Below, piece after piece: positions 52,889 to 64,000 of a DNA stretch of 64,000 nt. A model generated the notes under the pieces. That model made no database searches. It saw only the letters and a program-made list of their open reading frames with translations, and was not told the origin of the DNA. The DNA comes from Octopus sinensis. Its lineage: Eukaryota. Each line of letters starts with the position of its first letter. Position 1 is the stretch's first letter. The stretch is taken from the NCBI RefSeq assembly GCF_006345805.1, contig NC_043008.1, positions 59,830,001-59,894,000 on the forward strand, given 5' to 3'. Both the position numbers and the translations under genes were made by a program.

Positions 52889-53762
52889 TATATATAAATA
52901 TATGTATATGTAAAAAAATACAAACTGGCACAAGAACGCAAAACATTTAGAAGACAGTACAAAAAACACGGACGGGACATTCGAAGCCTTCAATCTTCAG
53001 TCAAGAACCGGATCATCCTCGCAATTTCGGCTGATTAATCTTGAGATCGCTCCGATCCGACCAGCCCCAAGGAAAAACTAAGCTACGAGCATTAGATTTC
53101 TTGGAAATATATATACATATATATAACTATGTATTTATATACATATATAAATATACATATACATACATATATAATATATATATATTATATATATATATAA
53201 TATATATATAGATATATATATATATATATATATATACGTGTGTGTGTGTAATATTTATATGTATTTATATGTATCATATGTATTGCATTATATATGTAAG
53301 TATATATCTGTATTTATATACATATATATTTGTATTTATATGTATATATATCTTTATCGAAATCTATCTATCTATATTTATTTATACATATATATCTATA
53401 TTCACACACACATACACATGCACTCACACACTCAGGCACACACATATGTGCACACACACACACACACATATATGTATATATATGTATGTATACATATATA
53501 CACGCACATATATTCAACGTTCTGTTATACACATACGAATTTATACATATGTATGTGTACACCACTCACACATGCATGCAAAAATAAATATTTGCACACG
53601 AAAACCTAATCATGTTCATTCTAAAATACACATTCAGCTAAAAAGTAAACAAACAAACACAAGACACACAGACAAACAACCCCGCTCCCCATCAAATTTA
53701 AATAACATATACACAAAATACATCAAAAGTATATGTATATGAATATAAATATATATATATAT

Positions 53763-53819
<57 letters not shown>

Positions 53820-53829
53820 CACACATACA

Positions 53830-53861
<32 letters not shown>

Positions 53862-54120
53862 GTATATCTTTAAGATGTAAATGAAGCCAGGATTCTGAAG
53901 ATATGGCTTTAAGTTATGTTTACTTCTGCTGTCCAAAGTGAAAAAAAAGAAAAAATAAGAAAAAAAAAAAAGAAACAAAAATCATTTCATGACTTTTTGA
54001 CCAATATATGTATAAATGGAGTTAAGAATAGCCCAGAAATTCTATCTCTTGTTCAATATGGCTCATATATTATGGAAATATTTCCAAGACGAAATTGAAA
54101 CCCAATTCAGATAAGAACAA

Positions 54121-54165
54121 ATGAAGACAGCATTGTCGGCTACGTCGGCATCATCAGCAGTTATG
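54121..54165 (+). CDS. Candidate short exon ending at a strong donor
   Basis: aacaaATG reads MKTALSATSASSAVM then GTGAGT at 54166. An alternative reading from ttcag|54111 is IRTNEDSIVGYVGIISSY(G). CpG-containing island of unique sequence. Confidence 0.25.
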
Positions 54166-54601
54166 GTGAGTGAAAACAAGACCCCAGTGTTGGAGTGATT
54201 AATGGCCAAAAGAAAAGAAAAAAATGGAAAAATGCCTCTTATGGCTTCATTTAGTTCTTTTTTTTTGTATTTTGTCTGGAGATTAGAAAATATATGTTTC
54301 CACTGCTGCTGCTGTTCTTATTGTTGGTTTTGTTGTTTAACCCCAGGTCAGCTTAGATCAAGCAGTCTAATGTATTAAAAGTGCTCTTGCTCTAATGCAT
54401 CAGTTCTCAACAGTGGTCCATATGGCTCTTGGTGGTCAATATAGCCGTTAGGGTGCCATATGGCCATGAAGGGTCCACAGAAGATTTTGTTAGAGTTATT
54501 TGAAATTAATTCTTTATAGTTCTACAAGGCACAAAATATTTTAACAATTCTTTTTATACAATTCCTAATTAATAGGTTTCTACAATTCCTAATAAACAAA
54601 T

Positions 54602-55244
54602 AGGTGTAGGAGTAGCTGTGTGGTAAGTAGCTTGCTTCTGAACCACATGGGTCTGGGTTCAGTCCCACTGCATGGCACCTTGGGCAATCATCTTTTACTA
54701 TAGCCTCAGGCTGACCAAAACCTTTTGAGTGGATTTGGTAGACGGAAGCTGAAAGAAACCTGTCATATATATGTATATATATATATGTGTATATATATAT
54801 ATGTAGGTCCCGGGTTGAGTCGGGGTTAACCACAGTAAATAAGGTACTCAATACATAGCAGAGTAAATTAATTTATTATATAGAAGGAATTTCTACAGGA
54901 CTAGAACTGTTTCATTCAAAAGAAATCATCAGGAAGCTTCCTGATGATTTCTTTTGAATGAAACAGTTCTAGTCCTGTAGAAGCTCCTTCTATATAAAAT
55001 ATATATATATAATATAATATATATATATATGTGCATATGTTTGTGTGTCTGTGTTTGTCCCCCCAACATCGCTTGACAACTGATGATTGTGTGTTTACGT
55101 CCCCGTAACTTAGCAGTTCGGCAAAAAGAGACTGATAGAATAAGTACTAGGCTTACAAAGAATAACTCCTGGGGTCGATTTGCTTGACTAAAGGCGGTAC
55201 TCCAGCATGGCCACAGTCAAATGACTGAAACAAGTAATAGAGTA
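54602..55244 (+). mobile_element. SINE family A carrying an insert (54804-55000) in its internal (TA)n
   Basis: Head 54602-54770; 3' part 55030-55244. Confidence 0.85.
54935..54985 (+). ncRNA. Type I hammerhead ribozyme motif, with a mirror copy on the minus strand
   Basis: Stem I AGCTTC/GAAGCT; core CTGATGA 54941-54947; stem II TTC-TTTT-GAA with U-U closing; GAAA 54960-54963; stem III ACAG/CTGT; GUA site 54977-54979. Confidence 0.7.
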
Positions 55245-56116
55245 ATATTTAATTATATAAATATTATAGGGTTTTTTAAACCTCAAATGGCTTGCTGGGT
55301 CTATCTGAGTGAAATAGGGATCAAAGGGATCCATATGTAAAAACGATTGAGAAACACTGCTTTTTACATATATCAGGGATGGGCTGCAGGTATATTGTCT
55401 AATTTATTATGCTTCATTAAAGATGTTAGGGTATGATTTGAGGAAGATTTGGTTGCTATTTTTAGCATTACAAGTCACCACATAGAAGAACATATTTGTT
55501 GAATGCTAGTACCAGAATTGCCTTTTCTCTGTGAGTGCACCTATGTTTTCATGTATGTTTGTGTGTTTAATGATGATGATGATGATAGTGGTGGTGGTGG
55601 TGATGGTGGTGATAGTGGTGGCGATGATAACGATAATGAAGAAAGAAGGAATGAGTAATAACATAGAAGTATTTAACAGCAGTGTTAATTTATCATACAA
55701 ACATAAGGTGCTGGCGACAATCAATAGATATTCTTTGTAGAACAGTATACAATGAAACAAAATGTTTGTAACACACACACACAAACATACACATTTATAT
55801 ATACACAGACATCATTTATTTGCATATATATATGCACACATACATTGCTATCTGCAAAAAACTACAGTGTCAAGGATGAGAGCTTTTACTGAATAGAAAA
55901 CTGAAACTGCTTTCATATATATATATATATATATATATAGATCGCTAGCCACTACACATTCTCTATTTTCTCTCCATGTTTCTTTCTGTGTTCTTTTCTG
56001 TAGAAGAGCATAGGCTCGAAATGTTAAAGACATTTTCACTTCCTGAGCGTTATACTAATTCATCTGTTTGTTGTCTACACCACCTGTCTTCGTCTTCTAT
56101 TTTTTGTGAATTCTCC

Positions 56117-56154
<38 letters not shown>

Positions 56155-57489
56155 TATATATATGTGCATGTGTGTATAAAGCATAAGTGTGGCTTCTCAA
56201 TCACATGGTTCCAGGTTCAGTCCCAGTGCATAGTACCGTGGGTGTCTTCTACTGTAGCCTCAGGCCTACCAAAGCCTTGTGAATAGATTTGATAAACGGA
56301 AACTGAAAGAACACCTTTGTATGTATATGTATGTGTATGTGTGTGTGTGTGTGACTGTATATACTTCCATACATACATACATACATACTACATACAACAT
56401 ACATACATAAATACATACATACATACATACATGTATGTATTATATTCATTTGCCATGCTGGAATGCTGAAATCTACAAGCTTTTTTCATTCTCTCTGTTT
56501 ATTTTCTTGTATTTTTTTCTGTTGAAGAGCATAGGCTCAAAACATAAAAGACTTTATCATTTTCCCAAGTGTCAAACCAATACACTTGCTTGTTGTTCAT
56601 ACACCTGCCTTCGTTCTTTGTTTTCCTATAAATTTCAACTATATATATACACACACTCATATATGTATATACACTCACACGCATACATGTATATCTATAT
56701 GTAATGTATGTATGTACATGTATATGTATGTGTGTGTATATATATATATATTTATAAACTTGGAAAAGGATGCATGGTGTTCAATCATATAAATAAATGA
56801 TATATAAATATATGCATATATACATACAAGTATGTACATGCCTACATATATATGTATATATACATGCATATATGGGTACAGAACATAAAAAAACGTAGAC
56901 ATAATGAGAAACGAAAACATAAAAACAAAAACAGAAAACAACTTTTTACGAGCCATGAAAAAAACTGAGAAACAAGATATACACCATAAAGAATATTCCC
57001 CTTCTTCAGTTGTCCCCTGTTTTATTTACTCTGCATTTCGAAGGTATGTGTGTGTGTGTCTGTGTGTGTGTCTGTGTGTGTGTTTGTATCTGCAAGTCTT
57101 CATATCAATGTTAGTTAGGAAGCAATGACATTTATGTTCTGTAGTACGAAAACTTAAATCTGCTTAGAAAATGAAGAGGGGAAATCAGTGCCGAAGACGT
57201 AGAATCGACCTAAAGTTCTCAGACAGCAACTCATTTGCAACCCTCGTCATCGATATCGTTAATTCAAGTGAATGAATAAACCCTCTGCAATGGTTCAACT
57301 TGCTAGAAATAATAGTTAAATTTCCTTTGAATGACACATTATAGTCTTTAAAAAAAAAACCCAAAGGATTCATTGTTTAATGTAGTCTATATTATGCTAC
57401 AAGTTGAGATGGTCATGGCATTATTGTCTTTAATCATTCTTCTGCTTGATCAGAGCTGACCTAAGGTTGAACATTATTAAGAGCACCGC

Positions 57490-57502
57490 CATAACCACCA
57501 GC

Positions 57503-57533
<31 letters not shown>

Positions 57534-57538
57534 CCAGT

Positions 57539-57581
<43 letters not shown>

Positions 57582-57825
57582 GCACCACCACCACCACCAC
57601 CATCACCACCACCTGCAGTACCAATATCATCATCATCATCATCATTGTCTTTAATAATATCCCATCATTTTCAATTAACATCATTGTTGACATCCCCCAC
57701 CACAATCACCATTATGATGATGATGATGATGGTCATCATCATCATCATCATCACTGTCGCACCAGAACCACCAGCATCACCACCAACACCCCCCACCACC
57801 TCGACTATCATCATCATCATCATCT
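57490..57825. repeat. Compound trinucleotide repeats (CAC/CAT/CAG)
   Basis: Direct reading. Confidence 0.9.
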
Positions 57826-58149
57826 CTATATTGTTGTTGTTTTCAACATAAACTTTGTTGTGTTTGTTGTTGTTGATGTCAATGTTTATGTTTTCATCTA
57901 AGCTATGATTGCCTGGGTAGTTTTGTCAAGCCATACTGATGTTAGTTACGATCAAATTGATGGATTGTTCAAATTAATCTTTGAAACAGCTGCTCTAATT
58001 TTGCTTTCGGTTATATTACCGAATGATTAATGACTAAATTAAAATGTATTGTCATTCTATCACGGGAATATTTGCGTCTTTCTTTTCAGTGAGTTTCGAT
58101 ATTTATGGTCCAGTCTTGTTGTTTAATGTTAATGTGTTGGCGTGAGAGA

Positions 58150-58673
58150 AGGAACAACTGAACCTGTAGACCACTCCAAGATCTCCTAGACTTGTAGGAA
58201 GGAAAGAAGGAAGATAAGAAATCATATTCATATGGGAGACCCAGTCCCCACATGCTTGGAACACACTAAAGAAATCTAAAAGAAATAGGGCAAGGAATTA
58301 AGGTTACACAAGGTTACAGGTTAAGTCTGTCAATCCTTGGTCTCAGAGGGCATTCAAAAGGTATTGGGCAGTATGCTCCTATATTCAAAGCCAGCAAATT
58401 CTATAATGAGTAGGAACAACTGAACCTGTAGACCACTCCAAGATCTCCTAGACTTGTAGGAAGGAAAGAAGGAAGATAAGAAATCATATTCATATGGGAG
58501 ACCCAGTCCCCACATGCTTCGAACCCGCTGAAGGAATCTAAAAGCAATAGGGCAAGGAATTAGGGTTACACAAGGTTACAGGTTATGTCTGTCAATCCTT
58601 GGTCTCAGAGGGCATTCAAAAGGTATTGGGCAGTTTGCTCCTATATCCAAAGCCAGCAAATTCTATAATGAAT
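58150..58673. repeat. Tandem duplication, 2 x 262 bp
   Basis: aggaacaactgaacctgtagacc starts at 58150 and 58412; units differ by scattered substitutions. Confidence 0.95.
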
Positions 58674-58682
58674 AGATAAATA

Positions 58683-58837
58683 TAGGTACAGACATAGCTA
58701 TGTGATAAGAAGCTTGCTGGCCCTGGGTTCAGTCCCACTGCATTGCGACTTGGGCGAGTGAATTCTACTACAGCCCTGGGCTGATCAAAAGCCTTGTGAG
58801 TGGATATGGTGGACAGAAACTGAAAGAAGCCCAAACC

Positions 58838-58915
<78 letters not shown>

Positions 58916-59149
58916 GTAAATATGATATGCGACAATTATTCGGTAGCCATGATAAAACTCCGAGTTTCAGATGTTGGGGTGGAAACCCACACCGCCATCT
59001 CTTCAATTATCCAGCCATCCAAAAAATGCTATGAAACATGACCATTAAACAAAGGGAAATTGGTGTGTGATTGACCGTTATTAAGACAAAAGAGCTATTA
59101 GAATGAGCGCTAAGTAAGTGGAGGGAGTAAAAATATATATACATACATA

Positions 59150-59201
<52 letters not shown>

Positions 59202-59445
59202 ATGTATATATCTTCATGTTCATGTCTTTGTGTTTGTCCCCCTGTCACTGCTTGACAACTGGTGCTGGTGTGTTTATGTCCCCGTACCTTAGCAGTTTGG
59301 CAACAAAACCAATAGGATAAGTACCAGGCTTAACAAAAAAAAAAAAATACTGGGGTCGATTCATTTGTCTATAAGTTCTTGAAGGCAGTGCCCCACCATG
59401 ACCACAGTCTAATGATTGATACAAGTAATAGACAACAAAGAAAAA
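58683..59445 (+). mobile_element. Old family A SINE with unknown insert (58915-59130) in its (TA)n
   Basis: Head 58683-58838; 3' part 59195-59445. Confidence 0.7.
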
Positions 59446-62155
59446 AAAGAGATAAACTGCTAAGCATTTCATTCTGTGTGCTAACGTTTCTTATTTCTTT
59501 ATTGCCCACAAGGAGCTAAACATAGAGGGGACAAACAAGGACAGACAAACAGATTAAGTTGATTATATCAACCCAGTTTGTAACTGGTACTTATTTGATT
59601 TACCCTGAAAGGATGAAAGGTAAAGTCGACCTCAGTGGAATTTGAACGAAATACTGCTAAGCATTTCACCTGGCATACTAACGTTTCTGCCAGCTTGCTG
59701 CCTTACTGTAGTATATTCTTGTATACCATTGACCAAATTATCCTTGATGATACAATGTGATTTGTATGCAATTAGTTATTTCTAACCAGTTGATTGACAA
59801 GGGAAAGGAGATGAAAACTTACTGAGTGGTAGATACAGGAATGGCCTTAGGATGAGGTTTGCTTTGAATAAAGAAATAGATAATTCTGGACCTAATCAAT
59901 GGTGGCACTTTGGGAGGGCTTACTCCATAGAAAGTCTCCTTGCCAGAATTATTCCAGACCTTGGAATGTAGAAGGAAGACGGAAATAAGCAGTCCTGGAG
60001 CAAATCAATGGTTACCCTTTGGCAAGGTTTATCACCTCAAAAACCACTCTGCCAAGATTATGGCAACCATTTTGGGATGCAGGATGCTTGATGAAATAGG
60101 TTCATTTTCTGGGTTGTTCTATCTATGGTAAGGCAAATCATGACAGTAATGATTGACTAAATGGTTTCTTTGAAGCACAACTGCTTTAAAATTACTGAAC
60201 TGCAGTCACTTATTTGGAGTTATGACTACAAGTGTTTATCTTGTGACTGAAAGCAATGAAATTGCTGTGAAATTCTTGATCCACTAACTAACTGATCAAC
60301 CATTTAGAGTAATGGTTCCCAGTATTTTCACTACCAAATACCCTTTTTATTTAAATGAATTTTTTCCTTTGATTCTATGCTTTTGAATAGATTGCCTATC
60401 CTCCTCCTCCTCATCATCATCATCGTCATTGTTTAACGTCCGTTTTCCATGCTAGCATGGGTTGGACGAATGACTGAGGGCTGGTGAACCAGATGGCTAC
60501 ACCAGGCTTCAATCTTGATCTTACAGAGTTTCTACAGCTGGATGCCCTTCCTAACACCAACCACTCCGAGAGTGTAGTGGGTGCTTTTACGTGCCAGTCA
60601 GGCAGTACTGGCAACGACCTCACTCGAATCTTTTACACATGCCACCGGCACAGGTGCCTGTAAGGTGATGCAGGTAACGATCACGCTTGAATGGCGTCTT
60701 TTACGTGCCTACAATTGTATTGCCTACACAATACAATTTGAATTCAGCCTACATACTCCCAGCTTTTTGTTTGTGAACTACTAAATACATCCAGCAATAT
60801 CAGTGTTTCCTCACTCAGAATCGTTCAATTTCAGGGGCATCTTGAAAAACATTATCTAATATGCCCCTCCTTATTTTAATATAATAAGGTATCATTTGAA
60901 GCAGCTTTAACTGCTATGGTACTTCAAGTATATAAGGGCTTTCTGGTTGGGCAATACACCATTGTATCTGCATGAAAATGTGTGAAAATGTGAATGTTTA
61001 TCCCCCAAACATGACCAAATCTGAATTTTAAACCACATTAAAAAAATTTTTTAAATCCTATCTAGATTAAAGTTTCAAGAAAAATTATATTCATGTGAGT
61101 TTATGAATACTAAATAGTTGAATCAAGTATTAAAAAAACATGAGATATAATCTTTCACATTTCCATTTTCGATTCTCATTTTTCACATTCTGAATTTCAT
61201 TCTCAACTTTCTTTTCTACCCATAAGCTATTCGCTCTTATCTCAGTAACATTGTCTTGCACCTGCACATTTCATTATTTTATTTTAATTGTATTCTTCAT
61301 GTGTTACTCCTATTCTTGTGCTGTTTCTTTGTTTAACCCTCTTGAATTGCAGGCACTTAACATTCCACATTCTTAATATTCAAACATTCATAAATGAATA
61401 TTTTACCAAATTCTTCTATTTATAATTTTTTTTTTCTCCATATTCAGGAGTATTTCTATGCAGGAGTATTAAAGAATACAATGTTTAAACCACTCTATAT
61501 TTATTCAATACTTTCTGAAAAAAGCATTCTATGATGTGTTGCTGTAGGACACTACAGGAATCTATCACCGTGTCCTTCCTCTTTGGAAAGCAATGCATAT
61601 TATGCAGTGAAGAAAGAAAACAAGAACAAAAACAAAAAACAACAACTACAAAAAACAAAGAAACAAAGCAAAGAATGGTGTAGAAGAGAATTGGTATTGA
61701 CTGAATGAAATATAGTTCTTGAATAAAAAAATACATTCTATAGTCAATATTAGCTTTATACTTATAATGACGATCTGGCAGAAATATTATCATGTTGGGC
61801 AAGTCTGTCTCTATGTTCTGAGTCCAAATTCCACCAAGGTCGACTTTGTCTTTCATTCTTTTGGAGATTGATAAAATAAGTAACAGAGAAGCACCGAGGT
61901 CGATAGGTTGATGTAACCAACTTATTACCTCCCTACAAAATTACTTGCTTTGTCCCAAAATTAGAAACCAATATTGGATTTATACATGATGCAGGTATGC
62001 TGTATGGTTATGAAGATTATTACTTCCTAATCAAGATCATGTAGTTTGGGTTCCACCACTTGTCATCTTGGATAAGTGTCTTTTATTACGGTCCCTATCT
62101 GACCCAAACACTGCAAATAGATACAAACAGCAGAACCCCCACACCCATATACACA

Positions 62156-62664
62156 TCTATATATATAAAACTCAACTTGCGTGTCTGTGTGTATATCTGT
62201 GTGTGTGTCTGTGTGTTTAACTTCCCGGCACATCTCCTCCTAGCCAACAAATCGTAGAACCACCAAAAATGGGTCACTTAAAGTTTAGGCAAATGAAAAT
62301 TGTACTGCGCTATTTCTGTTCCGAAATTCATCTCACAAGTGCAAAAATCGATAAAGTGTTTGTTTAGGCCTTATCCCATGTATTGAATAGTGAAATTTAC
62401 TCAGTCAGCTGTTTGACGTGAACTGTGTTCACCACGTGTGCAAGCATGCGTAAATTGCATGAAAAATAAAAAATCAAGATATAAAAACAAATATGCCGTA
62501 AACATTGTAGAAATTCAGCAAAGAAATGAATTTTCAGGATATAGCCTGGAGGGTTTTTTCGTATTAATCGTTTGGACTTCGTAAACACATACCAATTGTT
62601 TTCATAACATTTTTAACGCTTTGAATTAAATGTGACCATTTTGTAAAGCCGTGCAATATGCTAG
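62156..62664 (+). mobile_element. Non-autonomous Helitron
   Basis: A|TCTATATATATAAAACTC 5' end, internal (TG)n, 3' gccgtgcaatatgCTAG|T; inserted between A and T with no TSD; 3' hairpin degenerate. Confidence 0.7.
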
Positions 62665-63120
62665 TATTTATATAAAATAAGAAAACAAATGGATTTTAAA
62701 GGGTCACAACAGCTGTTTCAGGAGCATATATTTTATTGATGAATAGATCAATTACATTGATTATATCTAGAAAGCAGTCTGCTTTCTTTGGGTGTCTTTA
62801 AACTAAGGTAAGAGAAGAAAAAGATTCCAATTGACCTGTTTTGCTAGGCATTCCTTGAACGATGCCTAAATTGGCATTTTATCAAAATTTCAAATAAAAA
62901 TCAATTATCAGGCAAAATCATTAGAGCATTAGACAAAATGCAGAACAACATTTCTTCTAACTCTTTATGCTCTGTGTTCAAATTCCTTGGGGGTTAAACT
63001 TAGCATTTCATTCCTACAGGGTCAATAAAATAAGAACATGTCAGGTAATGGGGTTGATGCAATCAATCAAACCCCGCCAAATAAAATTGTTGGCCTTGAG
63101 CCGAACTTAGAAAGAATTGA

Positions 63121-63168
<48 letters not shown>

Positions 63169-63174
63169 TATTAT

Positions 63175-63592
63175 GTTTTTTCCTTCTTTCTTCAAATTTT
63201 CTTCCGTTTCTCGCCGAGTGTTTTCCATACACCTAGGGCAGAGAAGCTCATTGTATGCATTCCCAGATTACACATGCAAATTCACAGATAAAATATGTAT
63301 CTAAAATTAATAAATAAATTCATGAATGGATGTTATTTTCACAGCGATAATGCTCTTCTCAGTACATGAGCCGTTCCAGATAATACGATTTTTTGCACTT
63401 CCTGTGGGGATGGTAAGCCTGGAATCATTTTCAAATAGCTTTCAGTACCTTTTTTTTATCATTCCTAGAGATCTTACAATCACTGGTACTGTAGTCACCT
63501 TGAGATGCCAAATTTTTTCAATTTCTACTAGCAGGTCTTTATATTTACTAATCTTGTCAAATTCTTTCACCGCTATATTGTGGTCACAAGGG
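63175..63592 (-). mobile_element. R4/Dong-type LINE 3' fragment in (TAA)n, second copy
   Basis: PCDHNIAVKEFDKISKYKDLLVEIEKIWHLKVTTVPVIVRSLG; same 3' UTR as 51064-51517; (TAA)n on both sides. Confidence 0.85.
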
Positions 63593-63600
63593 TTATTATG

Positions 63601-63673
<73 letters not shown>

Positions 63674-63744
63674 GATGCGCACACGTCTATGTGGTTAAGA
63701 AATTTACTTTCCAGTCACATGGATGTAGATTCAGTCCCACTCAG

Positions 63745-63777
<33 letters not shown>

Positions 63778-64000
63778 CTGTGTGTGTGTATAAAGGAACG
63801 TGGCCTAGCGTCTAGGGTGTGCTGCATTCATAATTGCAAGATCGTGGTCTCAATTCCTAGACTGGGCAGTGTATCACATATATTTGATCACTAGAAACAA
63901 ATGATTTGTGCAGGTTGTTCAGGTAAAAATTGTATCGGAATATATGTATGTGTGTGTGTATATATATCACAGTGAAGCCAGTAATTTTTGCTGAGTGTGC

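Larger units (their letters stand above)
54398..55359. mobile_element. hAT-like MITE remnant split by a SINE
   Basis: Ends catcagttctcaac / attgagaaacactg with gg(g)tcca subterminal motifs; TSD not recognisable. Confidence 0.4.

Noticed and set aside
59760-60140. Unique GC-richer segment ending in ATG|GTAAGG
   Set aside because: Stops interrupt the frames examined and no motif was recognised; probably old transposon debris.

Overview
AT-rich, microsatellite-saturated eukaryotic DNA. The tRNA-derived SINE families, Tc1/mariner debris and repeat style point to an octopus (coleoid cephalopod) genome; that is inference, no search was run. Almost every listed ORF is a translated microsatellite or SINE. 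No complete protein-coding gene is visible. The best gene signal is a short signal-peptide-like first coding exon at 944-992 (+), so most of the window may be very large intron(s). The rest is four to five SINE families, 3' fragments of RTE and R4/Dong-type LINEs, three Tc1/mariner remnants (one DD37D/maT), a Merlin-like MITE, a non-autonomous Helitron, local tandem duplications and a 100-N gap. Most notable: (1) palindromic inserts carrying hammerhead-ribozyme motifs, best at 54877-54996, probably Penelope-derived; (2) a SINE tail that matches an RTE LINE 3' end in the same window, with one SINE head using three different tails; (3) a ~2 kb foldback with independent insertions at mirror positions; (4) retroelements that sort by microsatellite type (TAA, CATA, TA). 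I found no evidence for a wholly new protein-based system.
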